Source: Gammaproteobacteria bacterium
Lineage (GTDB): Bacteria > Pseudomonadota > Gammaproteobacteria > BMS3Bbin11
NCBI GenBank assembly: GCA_033791885.1
Contig: JASJFV010000388.1
Location: 1-47,024 of the forward strand
DNA length: 47,024 nucleotides
Direction: 5' to 3'
Shown: piece by piece, positions 28,308-36,774 of the stretch
Layout of the letters: the number at the start of each line of letters is the position of its first letter
Position numbering within the stretch: the stretch's first letter is position 1
The notes under the pieces: model-generated
The model's input: the letters and a program-made list of their open reading frames with translations, nothing else
Told to the model about the DNA's origin: nothing
The model's database searches: none
Translations under genes and position numbers: made by a program

Positions 28308-29407
28308 AATCTGCCGACGTCCTGATCATCGGCGGAGGGCTGATGGGTTTCTCAACTGCCCTGCAACTGGCAATGCGTGGTACTCGCTGCATTGTTCTGG
28401 AGAAAGATAGCCCGGGTCGTCATGCATCCGGTGTCAACGCAGGCGGCTTGCGTCAGCTCAACCGTCACCCCGCTGAGATACCCTTATCAGTAGCCGCTGC
28501 CGAGATGTGGCATAACATAGCAGGCCTGGTTGATTCCGATTGCGATACACGGTTTCCCGGGCAGATTCGTGTGGCTGAAAATTCTGCTGACATGCTTATA
28601 CTTGAAGATCGTGCTGCGATGGTCCGTGCACTGGGGTTTGAGCATGAGGAAGTCATCGGTGCGGAGGAACTGTACCGGTTGGTGCCTGCACTGATTCCTC
28701 ACTGCAAGGGTGGCCTGATCAGTCGCAATGACGGTTACGGTCGCCCGTTTCATGCACTCAATGCCTTTCGTCGCAAGGCATGTTCACTGGGTGCTGAATT
28801 TCGGCCATCAACCCGCGTCGATGAGCTGGAATATAATGCAGGTGAATGGTCAGCCAGTACACCAAACGGAGAGTTTCGAGCTCCGTTGCTGGTTAACTGT
28901 GCCGGTGCATGGGCAGGTCGTATAGCCGCTGCAATAGGTGACACGGCACCGGTAAAACCTGCTGCACCAATGCTGATGATTACCGAGCGCCTGCCACGTT
29001 TCATGGAGCCGGTGATCGGTGCAGCGAGCCGTAAACTATCCTTCAAGCAGATGCAAAATGGCACAGTATTGATCGGTGGCGCACATATGGCAGAACTGGA
29101 TTTCGTGCATCAGACAACTGACATGAACTGGGCCAAGCTTGCCGTTAGTGCGCGCACTGTAATGGCCCTGTTTCCGCAGCTGGAGAATGTGAGAGTTGTC
29201 CGCACCTGGGCCGGTATCGAGGCCTTTATGCCGGATGGCCTGCCAGTCATCGACACTAGCAATGCATTACCAAATGCCTATCATGCCTTTGGGTTTTCCG
29301 CGCATGGTTTTCAGTTATCACCAGTGATAGGGAAAATAATGTCACAGTTGATACTTGATGGTCAGACCGAGTTTTCGATCGAATCTTTCAATATCGAGCG
29401 ATTCTGA
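28304..29407 (+). CDS. FAD-dependent oxidoreductase subunit (DAO family; HcnC/OoxB/sarcosine-oxidase-beta-like)
   Basis: ATG 28304 (MKSADVLIIGGGLMG...) overlaps the upstream stop in an ATGA. Length is 367 aa. The ORF-track start at 28136 lies inside the previous gene. Confidence 0.8.
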   Translation: MKSADVLIIGGGLMGFSTALQLAMRGTRCIVLEKDSPGRHASGVNAGGLRQLNRHPAEIPLSVAAAEMWHNIAGLVDSDCDTRFPGQIRVAENSADMLILEDRAAMVRALGFEHEEVIGAEELYRLVPALIPHCKGGLISRNDGYGRPFHALNAFRRKACSLGAEFRPSTRVDELEYNAGEWSASTPNGEFRAPLLVNCAGAWAGRIAAAIGDTAPVKPAAPMLMITERLPRFMEPVIGAASRKLSFKQMQNGTVLIGGAHMAELDFVHQTTDMNWAKLAVSARTVMALFPQLENVRVVRTWAGIEAFMPDGLPVIDTSNALPNAYHAFGFSAHGFQLSPVIGKIMSQLILDGQTEFSIESFNIERF

Positions 29408-29507
29408 CCAATAGATAAAATCGGATCAAAAAAACAGGCGCTGTATTATGTAATTCAGTTACTGTATGTGCCTCGGATGCAGATGCTTATAAATGAGAGG
29501 TTGGCAG

Positions 29508-30497
29508 ATGTTGCTAATTAGATGGGCTGTTGGGATCTTACTTTTATTGCTGGCCGTTTCAACTCATGCGGCGATGAGCCGACCGGATACAGGTGATGGC
29601 AAAGCTACAGTGGTTCAGACTTTTGGCGCAATCCTGGATGTTGATAAGATAGACAGTGCTGAGCAGAACTTCACTCTCAACCTCTATATATTGTTTCGCT
29701 GGTCCGACACACGTCTTGCACATGCTGAAGAGGGTGTTGTCATACGCAACTTGTCTGAAATCTGGAGCCCGCGTCTGACGATAATGAATACCCAGAGGCT
29801 TTGGGCAAACACCAAAGATAAAGTCGAAATATCGCCCGCAGGCGAGGTGACTTATCGTCTGCACGTGTTTGGTGATTTTTCACAGCCCCTGGATTTACAT
29901 GATTTTCCGCATGATAAGCATGTATTCGAAGTGCCATTAGTTGCCGCAGGTTACCGGCCGGGTGAAGTCGTGTTTCTGCCATCACCTGATATTGATTCAT
30001 TTATTGCTGAGAAATTATCAGTCGCGGACTGGGAAATCACAGGTATGCAAGGTGTTTCCCGCACTGTATCACTTGAAAATGGTATAGAGCTGCCCGGTTT
30101 TGTATTCAGTTTTGAGGCGAAGAGATTAATTCATCACTATATTGTTAAAGCAATTATTCCGCTGATGTTGATTGTAATGATGTCGTGGTTGGTGTTCTGG
30201 ATAGATCCCGAGCAGGTATCGAACCAGCTGAGTGTCGCAGTGACAACGGTACTAACCTTAATTGCATATCATATCGCCTTATCCGGGAGACTGCCGCAGA
30301 TCCCTTATCTCACGCAAATGGACAAGTTTTTATTCAGCTCTACGATCCTGGTCTTTTTGAGTCTTATCGAAGTCGTAATCACTTCACACCTTTCCAGTAC
30401 AAAACGTATTGATCTTGGGCGCAGAATTGACCGCACTGCACGATGGCTTTTTCCAGTATTATTTATTTTCGCATTCAGCGGATCGTTTATATTTTGA
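29508..30497 (+). CDS. Prokaryotic pentameric ligand-gated ion channel (Cys-loop receptor superfamily homologue)
   Basis: Signal peptide MLLIRWAVGILLLLLAVSTHA. Extracellular-domain motifs are FRWSDTRL, WSPRLTIMN and DFPHDKH. M1 is IIPLMLIVMMSWLVFWI and M2 is SVAVTTVLTLIAYH, followed by M3, a short loop and M4. ATG 29508 has GAGAGG upstream; ATG 29493 is an alternative start. Confidence 0.85.
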   Translation: MLLIRWAVGILLLLLAVSTHAAMSRPDTGDGKATVVQTFGAILDVDKIDSAEQNFTLNLYILFRWSDTRLAHAEEGVVIRNLSEIWSPRLTIMNTQRLWANTKDKVEISPAGEVTYRLHVFGDFSQPLDLHDFPHDKHVFEVPLVAAGYRPGEVVFLPSPDIDSFIAEKLSVADWEITGMQGVSRTVSLENGIELPGFVFSFEAKRLIHHYIVKAIIPLMLIVMMSWLVFWIDPEQVSNQLSVAVTTVLTLIAYHIALSGRLPQIPYLTQMDKFLFSSTILVFLSLIEVVITSHLSSTKRIDLGRRIDRTARWLFPVLFIFAFSGSFIF

Positions 30498-30668
30498 AGT
30501 GGAATAGGCATTTACAAAGCTGAAAGGTCCTCCGTTGGGTGCGCGTCTCTTTCCCGTTCCGGTGTTATACTAGTTGGTCAATTGAGAATGCAGGAGTAAT
30601 CGGGATAGTTGTATCGTTGATTGCTCGCAAGCATGTAGAACAAGAAAAATATTTACCGGGAAAGAATA

Positions 30669-31805
30669 ATGACCTCACCTGTAAAGATTACCGTCGCTGG
30701 CGCCGGTTTTGCTGCATTAACGGGAATTAAAGAGCTGCGAAAGCAACTGCCGGATGCCGAACTGACACTGGTTGCACCCAATGCCGAATTTATTTATTTG
30801 CCAAGTCTGATCTGGGTTCCTTATGGCATGCGCAAGGGTGATGACCTCCGTTTCGATATTGAGCCATTGCTGAAAAAGCTTAAAGTTAAATTTGTACAAG
30901 GTAGTGTGACAGGTATATCTGAAGACGGCAGGGTTCTGAAAACGGATAATGGTGATGTTAAAAATGATGCACTGTTAATAGCAACAGGTGGCCGCTTTAT
31001 AAAAAAGCTGCCGGGTATAGAAAACGCGATTACTATCTGTGAAGGGATTGCTGCGGCGGAAGCAATGGGTGAAAAGATAAATACCCTGTCGCAGGGTACG
31101 ATTGCACTGGGATTCGGAGGCAATCCTAAAGAGCCTTCCGCAATGCGCGGCGGCCCCATGTTTGAACTGCTTTTTGGTCTCGATAGCTGGTTAAGAAAAC
31201 AGGGTAAGCGGGATAAAATTAAGCTGGTATTCTTTAATCCGGCACCTCAGCCAGGCAAGCGCCTGGGTGAAAAGGCAGTGAAAGGGCTATTAGCAGAAAT
31301 GAAGAAGCGTGGTATTGACACGCACTTAGGCCACAAAATCCAGTCATTTGAAAATAATGTTGTAAAGACTGCAGGCGGTGAGATTGCTGCAGATGTTATA
31401 TTGTTCATGCCGGGCATGACTGGCCCTGCCTGGATAGAGGGTTCTCCGCTTCCGCTTTCAGAAGGTGGCTTCATCAATGCAGATGCGAAGACGCAGGTAG
31501 GCGGCATGGAGCGCGTATATGTGGCAGGAGATGCCGGCAGTTACCCTGGTCCGGACTGGATGCCAAAGCAGGCGCATATTGCTGACCTGCAGGCGAAAGC
31601 AGCGGCAAAGAATATTAAATTGAATCTTGCCGGTAAAGCGGCATCTGAAACGTTCAAGGTAGAACTTGTCTGTATTGTCGATACACTGGACAAGGGAATA
31701 CTTGTGTATCGTAGTGAATCACGTGCTGTCGTGCTGCCTGCTATGAGGTTGATGCACTGGGCTAAGTCACTATTTGAAAAAGTGTATTTACGAGATTTTA
31801 AATAG
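30669..31805 (+). CDS. SQR/NDH-2-family FAD-dependent oxidoreductase (sulfide:quinone oxidoreductase-like, non-canonical)
   Basis: 378 aa. ITVAGAGFAAL is the FAD fold and VYVAGDAGS the second FAD motif. The LPSLIWVPYG and VELVCIVD segments look SQR-like. The segment SAMRGGPMFE sits where SQRs carry C-x-G-P-x-x-E. Confidence 0.7.
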   Translation: MTSPVKITVAGAGFAALTGIKELRKQLPDAELTLVAPNAEFIYLPSLIWVPYGMRKGDDLRFDIEPLLKKLKVKFVQGSVTGISEDGRVLKTDNGDVKNDALLIATGGRFIKKLPGIENAITICEGIAAAEAMGEKINTLSQGTIALGFGGNPKEPSAMRGGPMFELLFGLDSWLRKQGKRDKIKLVFFNPAPQPGKRLGEKAVKGLLAEMKKRGIDTHLGHKIQSFENNVVKTAGGEIAADVILFMPGMTGPAWIEGSPLPLSEGGFINADAKTQVGGMERVYVAGDAGSYPGPDWMPKQAHIADLQAKAAAKNIKLNLAGKAASETFKVELVCIVDTLDKGILVYRSESRAVVLPAMRLMHWAKSLFEKVYLRDFK

Positions 31806-31941
31806 TTACCAGGAACGGCTAGTTCTTTTTGTTATTTAACTATGACGGCTAATCGCAAGCTGATCTAAATAGTATGCATCACTGAGCGATCAAGAGGCGA
31901 TCACTATTTCATTTTAATTCTTTTAACTGGATCCTGGTTTT

Positions 31942-33603
31942 ATGCAACTGATAAATGGCTTGCGTTTTGATAATTTGAAGGGTGATATTTACGGCGGCAT
32001 AACCGCCGCAGTGATCGCATTACCATTGGCACTTGCATTTGGCGTGTCCTCTGGAGCAGGACCGATTGCCGGCATCTACGGGGCAATTTTTGTTGGTTTT
32101 TTTGCCGCTCTGTTCGGTGGTACACCTGCGCAAATATCTGGCCCGACTGGTCCCATGACAGTCGTCATGGCGGTGGTGTTTACTCAGTACACTAGTATGT
32201 TCCCGGATGATCCTGCCAAAGGTGCCGCGATGGCCTTTACCGTTGTGATCCTGGGTGGTTTGTTTCAAATCCTCTTCGGTACACTGCGCCTGGGTCGCTA
32301 TATTGAACTGGTACCGCATCCTGTAGTTTCCGGGTTTATGAGTGGTATCGGAGTGATAATCATCCTGCTGCAGCTCGGGCCCATTCTTGGTCAGGCTGGT
32401 GCAGCCAACCCACTGGTCGTTGTCCAGCAAGCGCCCGGTTATTTTGCAGCAGCACAGCCTGCTGCGGTTATTCTGGGTATCTTAACGCTGGCCATAGTTT
32501 ATGGCGTACCGAGATTTCTGCCCTGGTTAAATCGGATCATTCCTTCCCCGCTGCTGGCCTTGCTGCTGGGTACCGTGGTTTACATCACCCTGATGCCTGA
32601 TAGCGGTGCACCTGTATTGGGTGAAATTCCGACAGGTTTCCCGGCGCCAGTAGTACCGACATTTGAAATAGCGCTTCTGGCAGGAATGATAAAATCAGCG
32701 CTGGTACTGGCCGTCCTCGGTTCCATTGATTCACTGCTGACGTCGCTGGTCGCCGACAATATGACACGCACCTACCATAAGTCTGACCGTGAGCTTGTTG
32801 GTCAGGGCATTGGCAATACCGTGGCTGGCCTCTTTGGCGGACTTCCCGGTGCCGGTGCGACAATGCGCACAGTCGTCAACATCAAAGCCGGTGGATTAAC
32901 GCCGATTTCAGGTGCCTTGCATGCGGTGATACTGCTGTTCATTGTATTGGGCGCAGGCGTACTGGCAGAGGATATACCGAAGGCTGTGCTGGCTGGGATC
33001 CTGATAAAAGTGGGTACCGACATTGTCGACTGGGATTACCTGAAACGATTGAATACCGCACCGAAGGCTGGCGTGTTCATCATGTTCACGGTGTTTTTTG
33101 TGACGGTGTTTGTCGACCTGATCACGGCTGTAGCCCTGGGGCTGATCATGGCCAGCTTTTTGTTTATGCAACGCATGGTAGACCTGCAGTTAAAGAGCAT
33201 GCAGGCAATCATTTCACCTCATCAGGAAGGTCCCCTGAATGAGGAAGAAAAGCAGATTATGGAGCAGGCTGATGGGCGGATTCTGCTCTACCACCTTGGC
33301 GGGCCATTAAGTTTTGGCGCTGCCAGAGGCATGGTGCGACGGATTTCTGAATATGATGATTATGCCGCGCTATTGCTCGATTTTACCGATGTACCTGTAG
33401 TCGACTTTACCAGTTCGCGAGCCGTTGAGGATATGATTCTTGATGCACAGGATAGAGACCGCAGTGTATATGTGATTCTTCGCCACAAGAGAGTCTCTAA
33501 TTTCCTCGAAAAGCAGGGTGTTCTTGCTCACCTGGAAGAGGATTGCCTATTGCCTGATCGTTTGTCTGCACTACAGCTTGCACTCAGTAGAATTGATAAT
33601 TAA
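31942..33603 (+). CDS. SulP-family anion transporter with C-terminal STAS domain
   Basis: 553 aa with N-terminal LKGDIYGGITAAVIALPLALAFG, a polytopic core and a C-terminal STAS-like region (ILLYHLGGPLSFGAA...). Confidence 0.9.
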   Translation: MQLINGLRFDNLKGDIYGGITAAVIALPLALAFGVSSGAGPIAGIYGAIFVGFFAALFGGTPAQISGPTGPMTVVMAVVFTQYTSMFPDDPAKGAAMAFTVVILGGLFQILFGTLRLGRYIELVPHPVVSGFMSGIGVIIILLQLGPILGQAGAANPLVVVQQAPGYFAAAQPAAVILGILTLAIVYGVPRFLPWLNRIIPSPLLALLLGTVVYITLMPDSGAPVLGEIPTGFPAPVVPTFEIALLAGMIKSALVLAVLGSIDSLLTSLVADNMTRTYHKSDRELVGQGIGNTVAGLFGGLPGAGATMRTVVNIKAGGLTPISGALHAVILLFIVLGAGVLAEDIPKAVLAGILIKVGTDIVDWDYLKRLNTAPKAGVFIMFTVFFVTVFVDLITAVALGLIMASFLFMQRMVDLQLKSMQAIISPHQEGPLNEEEKQIMEQADGRILLYHLGGPLSFGAARGMVRRISEYDDYAALLLDFTDVPVVDFTSSRAVEDMILDAQDRDRSVYVILRHKRVSNFLEKQGVLAHLEEDCLLPDRLSALQLALSRIDN

Positions 33604-33713
33604 TTGCGATGAAGCTTTCAGAATAAATGTGTTGAGAGATGAATATTGTTAATTTGTGCCGCAGCCTTTATTAATCCTGCAAGCAGTCCTGTTCGTAGAC
33701 CTGACACTTATGC

Positions 33714-33743
33714 CTTGCTGAAAAGCAAGTTGGTTTTTTCTTT
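33714..33743 (+). terminator. Possible rho-independent terminator after the SulP gene
   Basis: CTTGCT (33714-33719) pairs with AGCAAG (33724-33729) around a GAAA loop. TTGGTTTTTTCTTT follows. The stem is only 6 bp. Confidence 0.45.
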
Positions 33744-33919
33744 ACCTGATGACACTGGAATATGCATTATTGATTCATTTTGTTATCGTCACTGTCATTA
33801 CAAAAATACTTAGAAAAACTGGCATGTCTCGATGCCTGATCGCATCCTGCTGAGGGTTAAGATTCCGTAGGGCAACGAGTTTTATCCGAATGAGTGGCCG
33901 ACAACGGTACAATTAATTG

Positions 33920-34570
33920 ATGAAAATAGGTAAACCTCCTATTGAAGAGCCTGCAGCAGATAAGCCGGTTCACCTTTCCGATGTGTTTACATTCTCTACA
34001 CTGGTCCTGATTCTAGCCAACCTGGTACCTGTTGCCGGAGCGCTTTACCTTGGCTGGGATCTGACTAGTATACTGGTTATCTACTGGGCTGAAAGTGCAG
34101 TGGTCGGATTCTATAACTTTTGCAAGATTATAGTCATTGGGGGCGAGTCTTCATTATTTTATGGCACATTCTTTATAGTACATTTCGGCGGATTTATGGC
34201 TATCCATTTCATGTTTCTGCACCAGATATTTATATCGGATATAGAATCCTCCACATCCGTTAATCTTGAACATGTACTTATCCTTCTCAGCGCTCTTTGG
34301 CCGGCATTAGCAGCCCTGTTCATTAGCCATGGCGTTTCATTTATACAGAACTTCATTGGCCACAAAGAGTATGCAAACAGAACAGTCGCTATGCAGATGC
34401 GTGAACCGTATCAGCGGATAGTTTTTATGCAACTGGTACTCATTATAGGCGCAGCACTGACCATGCTGATTGGTGATTCGTCTAGCGTACTGCTGCTCGC
34501 AATTGTTGCAAAAATTGTCGTTGATGTGGTGGCGCATATCAGAGAAAGAAGCAGGGCCATTACAGAGTAA
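33920..34570 (+). CDS. Integral membrane protein of unknown function (DUF6498-like)
   Basis: About 216 aa with 5-6 hydrophobic segments. LANLVPVAGALYLGWDLTSILVIYWAESAVVGFYN and FFIVHFGGFMAIH resemble my memory of DUF6498. ATG 33920 follows an in-frame TTG at 33917. Confidence 0.65.
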   Translation: MKIGKPPIEEPAADKPVHLSDVFTFSTLVLILANLVPVAGALYLGWDLTSILVIYWAESAVVGFYNFCKIIVIGGESSLFYGTFFIVHFGGFMAIHFMFLHQIFISDIESSTSVNLEHVLILLSALWPALAALFISHGVSFIQNFIGHKEYANRTVAMQMREPYQRIVFMQLVLIIGAALTMLIGDSSSVLLLAIVAKIVVDVVAHIRERSRAITE

Positions 34571-34572
34571 CT

Positions 34573-35244
34573 ATGCAATTAACAACACCATTAAAAGTTA
34601 TGCTCATCGCACTATTGTTAATTACAACAAATAGTTCATTGATGGCCGCAAATGAAACCCTGCCCGCAGGAATTCTAAAGCATCATCAGCAATGGAATGG
34701 CTTTGTAGACAAGCTATACCAATTGCACAGGAAAAAACTGAACAATCATGACTATTATACTTTCGAAAGAGTAGGTGGTTATGGTGGCACGACGAGAAAT
34801 TTTGAATTCTATCGGGAAGTAAAATACTTTGATAGAAAAAGCAGGCAGCTGATGAGCATCATAAAATGGGACAATACCTACCCCTTCGGCATACACATGA
34901 TCGATTTATTTGCCTACGATAAGCAGGGACGGATTAAGAGGGAGTATTCAGCAACCTATCTTCCATCACGACACACATCACCGTCTGAGACTTTAATTAC
35001 TCTGCACTATTACAAAGGTGATCTTCATAGCCTGAGGGAGTTTGATGCAAGTAATATTCTGCTTTATGAGCAGTGCATAGAAATGAATAGCAGTAACACT
35101 GTATTTTCCTACCATTATGAAGATATTCCCATGTCTGTGTCTGAAGTTGAAAAAGATATGCAGGATGCCTACCGGGCCTGTTTTCCTGAAACAAATAAAA
35201 CAGCGGAACCTTACACAGACCCCTTGAAGGACCCCCTGCTATAG
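34573..35244 (+). CDS. Secreted/periplasmic hypothetical protein
   Basis: 223 aa with signal peptide MQLTTPLKVMLIALLLITTNSSLMA. The ATG is 2 nt after the upstream stop. I recognise no family. The coding sequence is AT-rich. Confidence 0.6.
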   Translation: MQLTTPLKVMLIALLLITTNSSLMAANETLPAGILKHHQQWNGFVDKLYQLHRKKLNNHDYYTFERVGGYGGTTRNFEFYREVKYFDRKSRQLMSIIKWDNTYPFGIHMIDLFAYDKQGRIKREYSATYLPSRHTSPSETLITLHYYKGDLHSLREFDASNILLYEQCIEMNSSNTVFSYHYEDIPMSVSEVEKDMQDAYRACFPETNKTAEPYTDPLKDPLL

Positions 35245-35387
35245 CATTACTGCCATTTGTTAGATGTGCCATTATGATAATAACAGTCAAATATTTCCTC
35301 GACAGTTTGCAGGTATTTGATACGCATATTGAATCGCTCAAATGGTAAACTTGCTGCAGACTTCATTTACCCGTTAAAGGTCTGACT

Positions 35388-35774
35388 ATGTCACTTGATG
35401 TTGAGAATATTCTAAAAAATGCCCGCTCGCTCGCCGAGCAAGGAAAAAAGGAAGAGGCGCAGATGTGCCTGCTTGCAGTTTTAAAAGAAGAACCTGACAA
35501 TATTTCAGCACTGCTGATTCTCGGTGGTGCTTATTTCGTCGACAATAATTTCAAAGAAGCGCGTATTGTTTTTGAGCGCTTAGTCTCTATTGAACCTGGA
35601 ACAGGACAGTACTCTATCGCTCTGTTCAATGCCCTCTGGCGTTTGCAGCAAACTGAGGAGGCGCTGGAGGAAATCAGGCGCTTTGTAGCCGTTGCGGATA
35701 AGGTGACTGAGAAAGATACTCTCGAACAGTATGTTTCAATACTCAAGGCCATAGAGACTGAGAGTACAGCCTAG
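35388..35774 (+). CDS. Tetratricopeptide-repeat (TPR) protein
   Basis: 128 aa. Helical repeats (AEQGKKEEAQMCLLAVLKEEPDNISALLILGGAYFVDNNFKEARIVFERLVSIEPG) fit the TPR consensus. Confidence 0.65.
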   Translation: MSLDVENILKNARSLAEQGKKEEAQMCLLAVLKEEPDNISALLILGGAYFVDNNFKEARIVFERLVSIEPGTGQYSIALFNALWRLQQTEEALEEIRRFVAVADKVTEKDTLEQYVSILKAIETESTA

Positions 35775-35843
35775 ACCTGGCGATATAAATGTTCACTCCT
35801 GTCCTTATAGTCAGATTGATATGAAAGAAAGTGATAAGAAAAT

Positions 35844-36038
35844 ATGAATGAACTTGTCACTTCTTCTGTCCAGTGTCCTTACTGCTGGGAAGTGATCGAT
35901 GTACTGCTGGATTGTTCTGTAAATGAGCAGTCATATATTGAAGATTGCCAGGTATGCTGTCGTCCGATAAATTTTTCAGTAAGCGTTGATGAATATTATG
36001 AAGTCAGTGTAAAGGTATCGCATGAAGACGAAGCATGA
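35844..36038 (+). CDS. CPXCG motif-containing cysteine-rich protein (zinc-ribbon-like)
   Basis: 64 aa. CPYCWE...QSYIEDCQVCCRPI is the family signature. Confidence 0.8.
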   Translation: MNELVTSSVQCPYCWEVIDVLLDCSVNEQSYIEDCQVCCRPINFSVSVDEYYEVSVKVSHEDEA

Positions 36039-36079
36039 GCGTGTTATCTGATGCTAAAGTCGTTAGCAGGGAGTAACTA

Positions 36080-36742
36080 ATGGGGAAACAAACTCTGGAC
36101 CTGACGGATGAACTTTATAGCTACCTGCTAAAGGTATCTTTACGGGAGTCGCCCGAGCTTAAAGCACTGCGAAAGGAAACTGACCAGCTGGAGAATTCTC
36201 AAATGCAGATTTCTCCGGACCAGGGCCAGTTCATGGCTTTACTGGTTAAGCTAATGTCTGCCATGCGCATTATAGAGATTGGTACTTTTACCGGCTACAG
36301 TACCCTGGTGATGGCGCAGGCTATCTCTGATGATGGAAAGATTATAGCCTGTGATACCAGTGAGGCCTGGACCACAATCGCAAGAAAGTACTGGCAGCTA
36401 GCGGGTCAAAACCACAAAATTGAGCTGCGACTTAAGCCTGCATCTGAAACGTTGCAGTCACTGATTGATGATGGGCATGCGGGCGAGTTTGACCTGGTAT
36501 TTATTGATGCTGATAAAGTGAATATACAAGATTACTATGAGCTATCTTTGTCATTGCTAAAGGCCGGTGGCGTTGTTCTGGTTGATAATGTGCTGTGGAG
36601 TGGAAGTGTTATCGACACTGCAGATGAAAGTGATGACACGTGTTCCATCAGGAGATTCAATAATTTTTTACTACGGGATGACCGTGTTGAGTTAAGTATG
36701 ATACCCATCGGTGATGGATTGACTATTGCAAGAAAGAACTAG
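36080..36742 (+). CDS. Class I SAM-dependent O-methyltransferase (family 3, caffeoyl-CoA OMT-like)
   Basis: 220 aa. [13 protein letters not shown] is the SAM motif, with [10 protein letters not shown] and VDNVLWSG also present. AGGGAG is the RBS. Confidence 0.85.
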   Translation: MGKQTLDLTDELYSYLLKVSLRESPELKALRKETDQLENSQMQISPDQGQFMALLVKLMSAMRIIEIGTFTGYSTLVMAQAISDDGKIIACDTSEAWTTIARKYWQLAGQNHKIELRLKPASETLQSLIDDGHAGEFDLVFIDADKVNIQDYYELSLSLLKAGGVVLVDNVLWSGSVIDTADESDDTCSIRRFNNFLLRDDRVELSMIPIGDGLTIARKN

Positions 36743-36774
36743 AATTAAAAATATTTTATGAAGAGAGAGTTGTT

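Noticed and set aside
26620-29407. Calling the three-subunit flavoenzyme hydrogen cyanide synthase (hcnABC), with the nitrilase at 37182-38117 as a cyanide or nitrile detoxifier.
   Set aside because: HcnABC, opine oxidases and D-hydroxyproline dehydrogenase are homologous, and motifs alone cannot separate them. The tightly linked SbnB/OCD-type gene favours an opine or imino-acid role. The nitrilase is 8 kb away on the opposite strand with unrelated genes between. A phylogeny or an HCN assay is needed before using hcn names.
33749-33853. 34-codon ORF (MTLEYALLIHFVIVTVITKILRKTGMSRCLIASC) that could be a small membrane peptide or toxin, or the N-terminal remnant of a cation antiporter.
   Set aside because: There is no RBS. 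It starts immediately after the terminator T-tract. I could not extend the similarity in any frame. It cannot be supported from sequence alone.
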